Assembly (NCBI GenBank): GCA_050273025.1
Contig: CP158635.1
Location: forward strand, 62,001-126,000
DNA length: 64,000 nucleotides
Reading direction: 5' to 3'
DNA from: Cenococcum geophilum
Taxonomy: Eukaryota
A model generated the notes under the pieces. That model searched no databases. It was not told the DNA's origin and worked only from the letters and a program-made list of their open reading frames with translations. The first letter of the stretch is position 1. Every line of letters begins with the position of its first letter. The position numbers and the translations under genes were made by a program. This document shows positions 1 through 13,785 of this stretch, in pieces.

Positions 1-151
1 AACCTAAGGATTGTATAAGACTTTAAGTAACGCTACCCTTCTTCTCCTTTCCTTTCTCTAGCTTTGGATCCTTATTTATAAACAATCTAATTATATAGGC
101 TTACGCGACCCTCTTACCGTGCTTGTGCCTTAATTAACTAAGTCGCTAATA
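1..151 (+). repeat. 3' part of an LTR (Gypsy family B), cut by the window start
   Basis: Reverse complement aligns with the LTR at 15087-15237; ends ...gtcgctaata, a RIP form of ...aaca. Confidence 0.8.
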
Positions 152-363
152 CTATTTACTAATAGCAAAGATACTATTCTATTTTTATTAACCAAACCCT
201 ATAAATATACGATTTGAAAATACAATATACTACTATAAATTTATTAGTATATTTCTATTAAGAAAGTGGCTTATAGATTAGTAATATATATAATACCTAT
301 AAGTTAAAACAAAGTGACCGGAATAGGAAGATATACTATATAAAAGAGGGGTAAGATAACGTA

Positions 364-500
364 GTTAACGGGGTTTTGACTACTCCCCTAGTTATAACCA
401 TTTAGAACTTTTATTAGTTATTTTCCACTAAATTAATATTTTAGCTTACTTTAATTTTCTAAATAGTTATAACTAGGGGAGCGGTTAAAACCCTATTAGC
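364..500. repeat. Inverted repeat with ~44-bp arms (MITE-like or transposon end)
   Basis: gttaacggggttttgactactcccctagttataaccatttagaa (364-407) is near-complementary to ttctaaatagttataactaggggagcggttaaaaccctattagc (457-500). Confidence 0.7.
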
Positions 501-629
501 TATATTAGCCTATATATTTTCTAGAATATTTTAAGTCCTTTATATCTTTATAAACCTACTAAACTAGTCTAGGTATTTAGGTATTTTTAAACAATTTTTA
601 AGTTTTGCGAAGCTATTGCGATTACTTAA

Positions 630-3487
630 AAATTATAAGATAACTATATTAGTATAATAAGAGAACTTATATTTTAAAGCTATTAAGAGTAAAGAACTAT
701 TTTATTAAAGGCCTCTTATTTTTAACTTTTATTTACTAATAAAATACGCTAATACCTAGACTTAGTTTAGTAGGCCTATTAGTTTTTATATAAGTTAGCA
801 AGAGATAAAGATCTAAGAAAGTATATAATACTTTAAAAGCTATAATAAGCGTAGTTGTTATTAAATTAAAGCAACTATTAATGGTACCGCTTATTACTTA
901 TCCGTATAGGTCCCTTAAATACTTTAAGTATATAAATCGAATAATAGGGGCCTTTTAACTCGTTAGTGTTAACGCTTTTATTAACCCTCCTCTCTTTATA
1001 CCGCCGTTAATTAAAATATATAAATATCCTATAATTATCTAGGGCAGAAATATAGCGTACCGAAGTCTGCTAAACGGCCTTAACGGGAATAGGTATATAT
1101 AATATATCGCCATCTCCTATATCTAGGACTACGCCGATAAGGTCGATAATAAAATAAATATTATACCTATGCTAGACAAGTTCTATGTTAATATTAATCC
1201 TAATAAAAATAGGAATGATAAGAAGCCGCTAAGCTAGAAGGGCCTTATATAGGTGGCTTATATAGTGAAACTCTGGGGAGTAGACTACTTCTAGCTAGAC
1301 TTTTTATGCCTTGACTAGAAGGAGAAGACGCAGCTGGGCAATAGGAAGGATAAGGAGAAAAAGCTTCTAATCTGTATAATGAGCGACATCTACAAGCTCG
1401 CATGGAATGTCGTGGTCATGATGCACGGCATGGGCCTTGTCTACGATCTCGACACGCCCTCGGCTTAGATGGATCGCGCCTAGACCTTATAGGAGACCGT
1501 CGTTAACTGGAAGTGGACCTTTATCTACGTCCGGTGCCCAAATACCTAGAGGAGGACGGTGACGGACCCGTCGGACCTAATAAAGAGGTACGTGTTTTAA
1601 AAGGTGACGAGGGTGGATCCGGGCCAGCCCGGCACTAGCCTGTTCCTAGTTAGTATAGCTGATCTCCTAGACCTAGTCGATATAAGGCTGAAGCCGCCGG
1701 GTATAAAGTCGTCCAGGGTAGCGGTTCTTAACGGTATAGTTGGTGCGATAAAGACGCCCTACCGGCCTAGCGACTCGCCGCGGCGGGCGCTGCGGGCGGC
1801 TATCGCGGCCAACCTATATATTAAGTACACAGGAGTATGGCGGAGTATGTTTATGCGCGTATCGTCGCAGCTGGTAGACGTAGTGTATAGTATTATGGGT
1901 ATCTTCGGGCTGTAGATTGACCCGTACCGTAAGAGCCGCGAGCTGAAGTTCGTGTTTAACGACCTGGCCCGTAAGACTGCCGCGGTATCCGGCATCGGCC
2001 CCGGGTGGCTGGCCATCGGTGGCGTCGCTAGGAGCGACATCCCGCGTAACTCGGCATTGGGAATTGTGTTCCGCTTCCCGTATAACGAGGACGCAGGCGA
2101 GAAAGGCGACAACAAGCCGCCTAAGATGAGATTTACGAACAGCCGCCATAAAGAGTGGGTGGGCTACTACGTAGACGACTTGCAGTACTTCCTCTACCGT
2201 TTCGACATCAAGTTCCTGACCCAGTTGCACCCGCATATTATTAATGCTACTATGCTGTCCGTCACGAACCTGAATACTAAGCTCCCCTAGACTCTGCCGG
2301 CCCCGGGCGGCATCACGACACGCACTATGAATTGTTATCGGGCGCAATGCTATATTGGCTCTATGTACGGGAAGGTCGTATATAACTGCAACCTGGATAA
2401 CCCTAAGCGGCGCGGTATTAAGGCGGTGCTGGTCGGCGAGGTAGGCGATATGCGCAACTACGGTGTGAGTATTAAGGTCCGTAGGACTAGGGTTAACAGG
2501 ACTAACTTTAAAGGCTGGAAGTTCCTGCTGTTTTTGCAGTACTTAAACAAGGCCTGAAAGGTGGTGGGCGATGGCGTCTTTTATGCGAATAGCGGCTGGA
2601 GCGTGCTAAGGGGCTTAAACCGCGTTATCTTTATAATGGGCTAGGGGGCCCAGCAGGACATTGATAAGTGGCCGACGAGAAGTACCAGCTGGTTGGACCA
2701 ACGCACCATGATAATGCAGCTGAACTATGGCATTGACTCCTTAGAGGACTGGAGAGTGTCTAGGGAGCGTAAGAGAGTTATTACCTGGTTCGGGCTTAAG
2801 GTAAGACATTAATTCGCAGTGATATATGTACGTACTAGTAATGACCGGCAACTGATCTCTCCCTCCTAGGGCTACAAAACTGCCACTCGAAGTTGGAAGA
2901 AATGCTAGATGCGTCTCGATATCTCCAACATGCTAGGCGACGATAACGAAGACGAACTTAACGCCCAGCTCGCGATACAGCGCTCTATAGTAGCAGTGTT
3001 AACGCTTGCGCCCTGGGGCCAGTTCCCCAGGACATTACAGATATACACACCGTACCCCCTAATCGACGAGGGCGAAATGCTAGTGGTACTGAGCTATAAT
3101 AGATGGACTAAATCCGAGTACGCGGACCTAGCTAAGGCTGGCGTCGACAGCATCTTGATTCCGCAGACCAGGCCTAACCGCATTAGCGTCGTCCACTATT
3201 TCGCACAAATTGAGTTCGGTGAGTAGGTTATATACCTTATGATAAGGCCGCACAAGAGGACTAAGAAGCCGTTCTGGTAGATATACGTGGTGCCGTACTC
3301 GTGGGGGCCTGGCGTAGGCCGCAAGTTCGAGAACGCCGGGTATATCGCTAATAACCACACCTTTACCGCGCCCGGGCCGGGCCAGCCGGCGCCGTTTAGG
3401 GCTGGAATGAATCCGATCGCGCCGGGGGAGGACGCGTTTTGGGCGATGCATAGGTGGCGTACTAGTGATAATTGGATGGCCAGCTAA
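630..3487 (+). pseudogene. HET (heterokaryon incompatibility) domain protein, RIP-inactivated; start approximate
   Basis: RIP-corrected translation gives YIAISHIW, DYFWLDFLCLDQ, KKLQICMMSDIYKLAWNVVVM, WMDRAWTLQE, VWRSMFMR..DVVYSIMG; GT-AG intron at 2801-2869; many in-frame TAG/TAA at W/Q codons; ORF-track pieces 1604-3487 are fragments of it. Confidence 0.85.
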
Positions 3488-4140
3488 AGGGAACTGCAGG
3501 CCAGGGGGATTCCGGTCACGGGGCGCAATGTTTACGCGTTGGCGAAGGAGAAGATTGCACAGGGGCGGCCGGCTTGGTAATTGTTGACGGGGTGGATGGA
3601 ATTCATTGTCTGGTGGAAAGGTGGGAAGTGGTATGCGTGGAAAGCGAGGAGACACTGGCTTTTTAGTTCGTTAGTCGCGATATAAAAAGCAACCACTATT
3701 TTATGGATAGGGAGACAGATTCTACAATTGTTTATGACTGGGATTTCTTCCCGTAATATCGTATCTATAAAGGAATTATCCAAACTTTTCTAATAGGAAT
3801 ATTTGCGGACCGGGATTTTTAGTATTTAGGTGAGTTCGAATATACGTTCGCGGACGAGTAAAATGTGGCTCAATATGATCTATAGGCAGGATGAGATAAG
3901 CACTCAATTCCTTGGAATCGAAAAAGATGGCAGATTGTGTTGCGAGAATTCGATGTCGATTTCCTAGTGGTGGTTGTTAAGGAGGGGCGTTGATGTACGT
4001 TGGAAGACGCGACGCGAAGAAATACGTTTGAATTCCCGCCATCTCACGTAATATCCTCGGCAACGCTACTCCGCCCCTTTCCTCCTATATTTAAGCGACT
4101 TAGAGCCTATACTACTTATCCACGCGTAAAAGATCCCATT

Positions 4141-6713
4141 ATGTCTTCAGCTTTATACACTTTTAGTTCCCACGCACCGTCGCACGCCTCAAAAGCTAAT
4201 TAATAAGCTCTATACCGTATATAGTTTGGTATTCTAGGCGTCAAGTCAGCTCTAAGCAATAAGCTGCGAGCGCGCTAAGCGCGCTAAGAAAGTTCGGATA
4301 AGGGAAGATCGTATATTTACAATTTTTGATTAGAACTCGTTTAATATTAAATCCTTGTATATACTGCCTACCTAAACCTTATAGAGCCATGCTTTCGCGG
4401 CGTTAATTAGTAGTAGCGTCGTTGCAGCTGCCCTGGAGCTTGTTTATGCAGTAGTTCTAAACCCCTAAGTATAAGTATAAGCCGTCACCCAAATCGTATA
4501 TAGAGCCTTTACTAGCGCAGAGCTTTATACAGGAGTTTTAAATTAACTAGTATACGTATAATCCTCAATCTAACTAGCCTATAGAGCTTCTACCTAAGTA
4601 GGCTACTGTTATATAAGGCAAGGAGCAAGTACAGGAGGATAAGACTAAGGAGGACGGGTTTTGTGCCACGATTATACCGCGTAGGCAAGCTGCTAGTGGT
4701 GAGGACGATTTGGGTAATGAGGATTAAATTGATAATACAACGCTGCCTTAGCTGTTAGTAGATGAAGTAGAGCAGCTAGGCCTTCCGTCGGTGCCTACTA
4801 ATTGGCAACTACTACTACATGTTTCTATAGAGCCTCTATACGTCGTCAACCTCCTATATAAGCTCTATATTGCTGCTTAGCGCGCTAGTAAAAATATTAA
4901 CCTCGTTTCTACTATTAGCAGCGCCTCCCCTACTGCTAATACTAATTCCTTTACTAAGCGCGATAAGCTATACGATCGTTAAGCTCACTGCTTAGTCACT
5001 AATCGTTAAGATCTAGAATCGAGTGAGGGGTATAGGAGTGGGTAGGACCTTCCTAGGCAAGTCTTCCTGCTCTTTTTTAGCTAACTAATCTTCTATCTAC
5101 TCGCTACTAATACGAATCTCTATGCTGCTAAAAAGGACGCTAACGGAATTAACTAATTGGGACGCTATGTAGGTAGACAAAAGCTTATCTAGAGGGATAT
5201 ATCGGCCGGCGAATTAATGATTTGGATAGGCTTAATTATCTATATAGGCGTCTTTCGGTAGAAGCAGCCGCGTAATATCTGGTAACAAGACGACGAATAG
5301 CCTATACACGCAATTAGTTCCTTTATGCCGCGCAGTTAATAGAAGCAGATTAAGCGCTACTTCTATATATTAGCTCTAGAGCTTAGTAATACTAGAGAGC
5401 ATATATACGCCAAAATCGAGCCTTTAACGTTGGCGCTGGGCGAAGCTTTTTGACGCTATGTAGTGCCTAGCTCTATAGTATCTATTAATAAGATAATGGT
5501 AAGGTTTACTAGTAGATCTAGCTATAAGATTAAGATACCGGGTAAGCCAATTCCTAAAGGATATAAGATTATAAGCCTTTGTTAATATAGCTACTATTTT
5601 AGCTTTATATTTAGTAGCGGAATAGACGGTTTTTATTACCTACCGCGCTAAATAGAGCTTACCGATATTATCCTTAATCCTACATCTAAAGCCGTCTTCT
5701 ACCTCTACCGCCAGCTGCCCCTATAAGCTTATTAATTCTGCCTATTTTATAACAACTTCTTTAGTAATATTCGACTATTTAGTGCACTTTAACGGATTAG
5801 AATTGCTGCCTGCGGAACTACTTATTTGAATTTAATTAATTATCCGGCGGTATATAAAACGGTAAATAAAAGGAAAGCAAGACTGCTATTTAACCTTATA
5901 TCTGGCGTAGTAGTAAAAGACATACTCTTAATTGTCTGGTAGGATAAGAATCTAGTTCGTTTCTTAACGACTGTATATACCTACAGCTTAGATAACGTTA
6001 GTAAGGTTAAGCGGCGTCATCTATAGCTATATAACTCCTTCTTTAAGGATCTAGTTGCTCGTATATAGGGGGAGGAAGCTAGGAAAAAGCTAACGCTGCT
6101 GCGTTTATTAATTGACTATAACAACTAGATGGGCGGAGTTGATATATATAACTAGCTTTAAAGCTACTATACTACTCAGATTACCTTAGTACGTAATTAG
6201 ATGCCTCTATTCTTTTAAGCGCTTAACGCGGCCGTAATTAACGCCTACCTTATAAGCAAGACACTATTTAAGATGTTAAAAAAACGGTTCCTAATTAACC
6301 ACTGTTAGTTCCGCATTCGGCTGGCCTGGAATCTTATTATTAAGGGTAGTAAATTAATGGGAGCTATAGATAAGGAAGTATAAGACCTTATATAATTAAC
6401 GGTACGCCCAATATCTAGTTAATATTAAGCTAGTGTAGGTCCTAGCTATAAGAACAGCGGCACTAGAAGAAGCGACTATGTTATATTAAGCACGCCTCTA
6501 CCTTATATACGTCTTCTAGGCAAGCCTTACCAACGCTAAACAGCCTACTTAAAGACGCAGGGCTTTAAAACAATGCCTTATTGCTAGTTCTACAGGTAGA
6601 AGAAGGTATAGAGGGTCACGATTAAAGCACGTCAAACGGTCACTGAGTGCTTGACGTGCTTAAAGCCTCTATATAAGGACTGCTTTAGGGACTTCTATAA
6701 GTAGCCAAATTAA
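4141..6713 (+). mobile_element. piggyBac transposase remnant, RIP-degenerate; termini not identified
   Basis: RIP-corrected motifs ATNTNLYA, QIKRYFHIS, SIDEMMVRFTGRS..KIPGKPIPEGYKI, FDNFFS, DYN..MGGVD..DQLRSYY, RNWMPLFF, and a C-terminal Cys-rich domain (ECLTCFKPLCKDCF). Confidence 0.85.
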
Positions 6714-9436
6714 TAACTACTTTTTAAGCACCTTCCTAATATTCTATAGTAGTAGAGGTGGTGGATAAGATCCTATTATATAGCCTTTTAGTCTATTATA
6801 TATATAAGTTACTACTATATATATTAAAGTACCCTATCTACCGCTAGATAAATACTTAGGTATTAAGTATCCCCTATAATGTTTGAGTTTTAGCGGTGGG
6901 GCTAGCTAAAGTTAAACGAGTAAGGGTACGGGCGATACCTAGTAATTAGCGCGCAGCCTCTATTAACTGCTAAGGACGCTAGGTGTTAATAAAGACACTA
7001 TAGGATTATTCCTTGTCCTTTTCTTTCTAGTGGTTTCTTTAGAATATTAAATAAATAATAGCTTTAAAACCAAGAAATAAAGTAAACAACTAGTTCTCCC
7101 TGTAAATATATATTTAAGCGACCCCTATATTAAGCGAGGATAAGAAATCCTATTTTATTTTATCTAAAGTTCTAATTGTCCTTGCTTTCTTTAACCTTTA
7201 GAATAATAGCGTCTAGGAAGTTATAAGGAAGATATGATGATTATCCTCTCTTTTATAAACATTTGAATAATAATTCAATTGCAATTGTATAGTACAAAAG
7301 ATCAGGCGCTACCTCGCTTAGAGATTATAGTATTTTTTCTCATCTTAAGATATACCCCGCTTACTCAAATTCCAGAACAAGGATCCCTACCTCTCTAAAT
7401 TGATCGAACTTACATTCCACCCGCGATCCGAGCAAGTTTTTAGATGTGTATCTTAAGATATGCACCTATTTCTAACTCATGTGCAGGTATATAAGCGACA
7501 CCAAATACTAAGCCTACCCAATCCCATCAACCTGCGGTAAATACTCCACTACTATAAAGTAGAAGGAAAGATAACATCTAATCAATTCTATCTGTCTTAC
7601 TTCATGCTTATAGATCCCTGGATAATATACATTAGCGAAAACAAGTTCCAAATCGGTATTCTGCTACGAAGACGACAGTAAATTAAAGCCCGAGAGATTT
7701 GGGCATGGACTAAACGCTAATTTCTAATAACGTGTTCGCAATGAGCGGTTCACAACTGGCGTTTAAGGGAATTACGGTAGTTGTGCATTTAGAAGCTATG
7801 CTATATGCATATTTCTAGCGACGGGTAAGGAATTATGCTTAAGACCAGCTTTTGCTAAACTAACGCTGGCGCAAAGGCTCTAGGTTTAAGAACTCGGAAG
7901 GGTAATTACTAGGGGTATTATGTTGAGAGACGGAAGGATATTGTAAAAGCACCTATATAATACATCACCGTAAATATTAGCGCGTTAAATATAAGGATGT
8001 TAAGTACGATTGCGTTTTATATTTGCGTAAATTTAAGGCCCCACTACCCCCTGCCGAATGGTATCGTAGCTTTAGGATAGAGGATCGTAAGGGAGAAGAG
8101 ATAGATAATTGTTGATTTGTGATTACGGTTTATAAACACGTTTTTAGGAAGAGTTACTTGTTAGAGTAGCTCGAGGGAAAAAAGGTCTTGTCCCTCTTAC
8201 CGATAAAACTTACTCTAACGCAAATAGAGTGGGAACCTCTAATCTCCGGCGGCTAGTAAGCATATAGAGGGTTTGTCAAGGGAGAGAAAGACCCGGATAT
8301 AACCTTTTAAAGTTTAATAGGTTTGATCTATTACCACGTTATAACTAGAAGAGGAGTAGAGAAGTAGAAAAGGGGTATTAGAGAGAGGCTATGGCTTTCT
8401 TTATAAGTATATGGTTCGATAAAAGAACTCCCTAAAGCTAGAAATAAGGTAGGTAAGATATAAATTTAGAAGAAGAGTAAACTTTATATTAGAAGATAAT
8501 CTTCGTTCTACTTAATAGTTTCTCTATCTTAATAGGCAGAATAGCGTTATAGTAATAGGAAGCGATTAGGAATAAGATTTATTAACTCGTAATTTATATT
8601 GCGAAAAGAAAATATAAACGTAGGTATTGTACTAATAAACCAGTTTATATTAGCAGGCGGGGCTCTCTTTTATAGTTGAAATTCCACCTCGGCGTTAAAA
8701 GGTCTGAACTCTTGTCCGCTTTTATATAGTGCTTTTAGTAATTTAAGGCGAAGATGTAATTCTAATGGTATTACCTAGCTTATCCTCTGCGGTATATATC
8801 CTAGCTAGGCGTATCTCCTCTTTGAGAGTTTTAGTAGGTGGCCTCTTCTTTAGATTTTATCCAATCATCATCTTATTCTTCATTGCCGACCACTGAAAAA
8901 ATCTGTTATTTACTAGATGATGACGGTTAAGTTAGCATGTATATTCCTCCCTTAAATGGCACCGAGCATCCATCCTTCCCTTATATTGGGATTGCTATAA
9001 GCAATTCTTCCTTATACGGCACTAAGCTCTGCATTGATTATTTTCTATTGCCGTCCATAGTCCTAAGCCGCTGCGGCTTTTACCTGGGTCGCCTACGGCA
9101 TAGCTTAGGATAGGTGGCCGATAGGCATAGTAGCAGGACCATTTCCCAGGGATAGAAACTCCCTGCAACTTACCTAGAGTAGATAATGTTAGCTTTAGTG
9201 CTAATTATCCTAATACGTGCTCGCGGACTTTAATACAAAGACAGCCTATACCGCTAAAGGTAGATCTTGACATCTAAACTCTCTTACACCTCACTTTGTA
9301 AAAAGTATCTTATTAATCACTTTCGGTCCTAGTTAAAATCCGAGTTAGAATTGGTTCCCTATAGAGGGCCTATATATGAGTTAGAATCTATTTCCCGCCC
9401 TCTATCGTCTAGAAGGATCGCAGCGTCGCCATGTCT

Positions 9437-12400
9437 CTATATTGGAAGAAACTCCCATACTAGAGCCTCAAATTCGTGATTCGGGTGCGTGATATGTGCA
9501 TTTAGTTTGCATATAAAGCAGTAATCGAAGTCATTATATGTAACGCAGTGGAAGCGGCTTCTATATATATCCTAGAAGTTTAATAGCCGTTAGAGCAGCT
9601 TAAAGAATTTTGTTGAGATGTAACGTACAAGCCAGCAGCCATCGCATTGGCACTTATGGTACTTTTGGCCTGGTCCCACCGCAGCCGTTATAGTAAGTCT
9701 AAGACCGCCGAGGTTCGCGGCTAGCTTGGTATCGGCTCCTAATGCGGACAGAAGGGTATTGTTTTGGTGAAACACGGCTATGGCATACGGTGTCCATTGG
9801 CCCGGCGGCGTTATGGTGGCGACGGTTGTCTCGCTTATTCCGCTGTCGAGCAGTAGGCGGACTATAGCAACATCGCCATTCCGGCTTGCCTAGTGCAGAG
9901 GTGACTAGCCACCGGATCCCGTTGGCCCGGCAGCGTAGAAAGGGAGAGCTCTCCGCACTATGTTAATGGAGGAGCTGCGAGCAGCGTAATGCAGGAGTCC
10001 GTCTTGTTGTCGGTCGGTAGTATGGGGAGTTAGGCCTTTCGAAACGAGGAGCTCTAGAACGTCGAGACGGCCAGTTTGAGCTGCTAGGAGAACTGCGTTC
10101 CGGCCCTACGGGTCAACTACAGTGATATTAAACTGGTAAGCGCCGACAAGTAGCTGCAGTGCCGGATAGCAGCCTTCCTCCGTCAATACTAAGGGCAACT
10201 CGCCAAAAACAAGTTGCCGAGCATCAGAGTCGGCAATGGTGTCGAGGAGTAGTGTTATGACATCGTAGTGGTCTTCGAATGCGGCGATCGTGGCAGCATA
10301 GTTCCCTTTGTTGTCAACCATTGTAGGATCAGCACCGTTTTCTAGGAGTAGCTTGACGAGCCTAATATGGCCACCAGACGCAGCCAGGTGTAGCGGTGTA
10401 CAGCCTAAACCATCGACGGCGAGGAAGTCAGCGCCCGCCTGGAGGAGTGCGTGGGCTACTTGGATATATCCCTTTACCGAAGCTAGGTGCAACGCTGTTT
10501 GTCCATCCATGTCTTTGTTAGTGGGCTGTACCCTCTCGAGAGGCGCCCAGAATTCGAGGCAAAGTGCAGTGTGTCTGGAAACCATTTGGTGAGGTCCTCA
10601 CCGACTTGCAGTTCCGGGCGGCCTGCGGGAATTCTGTCCGAGGTCGCTCCGTTATTAAGAAGTAGCTAAGGTATGGAATACATGTAAATGGCTTCGGCTA
10701 CTATTGAAGCTGCCATTAAAGCAGATCCATAATAGCCTCCTTTCGCATTTACGTCGGCTCCTCGATTGATTAGCAGCTGGGCGATGTATACCCCCACGTC
10801 CAAAACATTAGAAGCTCGCTTATGCAGGAATCCTGCGACTGCTGCTTGCAATGCATTGTAGAAGTGGCCTCCCTTGGCGTTAACCTTAGCGCCGTTATTG
10901 AGGAGGATCTCGCACCTTAACGACTGTCTGCAGTACGCAGCCTCCTGCAGCGCCGTAGCGAATGACCCACCGCTCTGGAGGTTGACATCTGCCCTGAGTG
11001 CTAGCAGAGCGCGAAACATTTTTGTACTGCCGTAGCGGCAGGCCATCTGCAGGGCGCTGCGGCAGAGCCACCTATTGCCGTGGGTGATGACCTTTCCGGC
11101 AGTGCTGTTGACGTCTACACTGTGTTTTACCAGCAACTCGGCCAGTTCCGGTGGAGGATGGTCGAGTGTATGGAATATGGCCATTAGAGGCGTGCCGTAA
11201 ATTCCACCAGCGGCGTTAGGGTTCGCGCTATAGTCCAGTAGGAGTTGGACAAGCGCCTTATTGTAGCGTCGCCTCACTGCAGTTTGTAAGGCGCTGCCCT
11301 CGGGCCCAATATTCGCATTAACGTCTGCGCCTCCCTCCACGATAAGCATGCGAGCCACGGTGTTTAGTTTGAGGAGGCAGGTCGCCTGTAATGGGGTCCT
11401 ATACCATCGCCCTGTAGCTTCAAGTTTAGTAGAATGAATCTGCGCTGGCATGTTGGCGTCAGCGCCACTGGCCAGTAGTAACTCGACTATTCGTAAGTTT
11501 TGATGGCAGCAAGCGGTGAGCAAAGGCGTACTATTAGTTGCCCTGAGCTGAGCGTTTATATTGGCTCCTAGTTTGATCAGCCGCGATGTCCTCTGTGCGT
11601 CACCATGAGCTGCCGCTTCGCTAAGGGCAGCGTCCAGATCTTTCACATTATCGTTGTCGTTCAGCGGCGGCTGATACTTTGTTGCGTTTGAACAGGTGCA
11701 TTCTACTGGGTTCTTATTTGTACTTCCTGCGCCGACGCGGAGATGTCTTCTCTTCGTCTTGGCAGAGACGTTGGAAGCAAATAGCGGTTCAGTTAACCAG
11801 CCGACCCCAGTCTTCTGCCACGTGCCCGTCTTCTTTTCTAAAAAGAAGATAAAAGGCTCCGAAGACTGGTCGGTGCCACCTAAGGTCCCGGCTTGCGAGT
11901 GGTCTCCGACGATGACTACCAAGCTGCCTACGTGGCCTTTGAAATGGCAAGTTGTGTTGACTGAATATGCAGATAGGCAAGATAGACTCAATTGGACCTC
12001 ATGGAAAGAAAGGCTCTCGAGGTCTAATTCTTCAGGGTTATGCCCTGAGATTTCATTGATGTCTAGAATTAGGGCGCATATAAGATGCCCATCTGTCACC
12101 GATGAATCCTTAATATCGATGTCGAAGGTCGAGCAGAAGAAATCCCCGTTGTAAACAATCTTTGATGCGGGGACCACGGTTCCCCTAAATGAGATTGTAG
12201 GTTCCTGGTGTGAATGGAAGTCAGGGTAGAGGGGTATCAGCCTAGAATTGGGACGAATCGGGATATAGTAGCCTATCGTGAGCCATGCAGGGGCAGAACG
12301 GGTTTTGTCGACTAGTTCGAAAATGAGCTCTTCCACGGATCTTTTATAGTCCACATTAATCCGTGTGTTTAGGAGATGCATCATACTGTAGACTATATCC

Positions 12401-13785
12401 TACGCTCTTGTGGAGGTCCGCAGCCACATGCTTCTCCAGACAGAACTATATCCGACCTCCGCGTCAATGCTGAGGAAGGCTGGCCTGACGGCGTGTTGAT
12501 CCCGGGAGCCCAGGTCCCTGGCAGCACCTTGTAAATAGCCGCCACCCACAACATTGGCTGGCGTTGATGGGCTGAGTTCTAAGTCTTCGCCTGAAGATGA
12601 ATCTGAGAGATTAGGAGGGAAGCTGGAGGACGTCGCATTTCTTCCAGTAGAAGAATGGTCAGGAATCTAGGCCGAATCCCAGCCAGGCTGAGAAGAGTAG
12701 CGGTCCTTATTACTTTCGTCCGATTCCCATCCGGAATTGGAGGACAGCTCGTTAGGATCACTGATCGACGACGATCGAGAGCTATTCTGGTAATTATTCT
12801 CACGGGGCGGCAAGGTGCCGATGACTAAAGCAAGAGCTAAGATTGAGGCAGCGTTGCTGCCTAGACAGAGGACGCGCGACCTTACCTCGTGCTGGCGGGT
12901 TCCAGTGCCATCTTCTGCCATTAGTGTTCCCTCTCCCAGCTCCTCGAGGGGACCGTGCCCGACGACAGTTTCCAGAGGAGCTACGGCGATGGCACCGATA
13001 CCTTGAGGGCGTCGGCGGCACCGCAGCTTGGAAAAAAAGGAAAACGAGCCCGGAAGAGACCAGTTAACCAGGACGTAGCTAGGGTAGCCCAGTGTGGCCT
13101 CTTGGAAGGTCCAAGCGCGGCTAATCTACGTTGACGGCTGGTCGAAGTTCTGAGCGGCAATAATGCCACCCGGCATGACGATGACCATGGACGCGTGGAG
13201 GTAGATCTTGGCCATGTTGAAGATCTGCAGCTTCTTGTCCTTGGGTGACACCTGGTTGAGGCACAGGAGGTCTAGCTAGAGGTACTCGCACCGGTGCGCG
13301 CGGGTAGCGAGGGCGGCCTGTACTAGGCCTAGCCAGCTGATGGTATGCAGTTCCGGCTAGTTGATAGTATGCGGCTCCGGCTTCTTGCTGCGGATGCGTA
13401 GTGGCCTGTTGGCCTCCTGCGCCAGGCGGGCGGCGTCTGCGCTTGGCGCCCAGACGTGCGAGATGGCGGCGTACTTGGGCCACTGCCGCCCTAGGGCCCC
13501 TTTGAGCCGCGTGGGATCGTCGCGGGGCCACGCCGTCCAGCCGGTCCATTTAGTGAGGTCGATAGTACTAGAGCCGTGGTAGTTGGAGGCTAGGAGCCTC
13601 TTGACTGATACGAGGCGGAGAGCCCCATTGATGCTGCTCCTGTTATCTAGATAAGACACTGTAATATCCTGGCCCTCGGAGTATATGAAGATGACTTTAC
13701 TCTTAAGCTTAGGGAGCGCGGCGTCCTCTCGCGCTTGTTGGACTTGGGGAGGGGTGCTGCGCCGTCTAAATCTCGGCCTGGTCAT
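9437..13785 (-). pseudogene. HET domain + ankyrin repeats + ZZ-type zinc finger protein, RIP stops and one frameshift
   Basis: ORFs starting at 13785, 12921 and 12384 share one frame, separated by TAGs. HET motifs YAAISHVW, YL(W)LDLLCLNQ, KKLQIFNMAKIY, SRAWTFQE, VWRSMWLR..DIVYSMM. Many ankyrin repeats (TPLLTAC, GSALQTA, TALHLAS, TPLHLAA). Frameshift near 10540. C-terminal CDGC-intron-DIYGSRFHCVTCNDFDYCF.C...HPNHEF. Confidence 0.85.

Noticed and set aside
1759..3783. Minus-strand ORFs overlapping the first HET gene
   Set aside because: Antisense shadows of a GC-rich coding region; the HET motifs are on the plus strand
3900..7000. piggyBac TIRs and TTAA target sites
   Set aside because: Several TTAA sites are present but no convincing matching inverted pair was found by eye
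6920..9400. Possible degenerate gene(s) between the piggyBac and the HET-ankyrin gene
   Set aside because: Partly codon-like, but no motif could be recognised on either strand
10308..13582. Plus-strand and alternative-frame ORFs over the HET-ankyrin gene
   Set aside because: Shadow ORFs; one minus-strand frame explains the region
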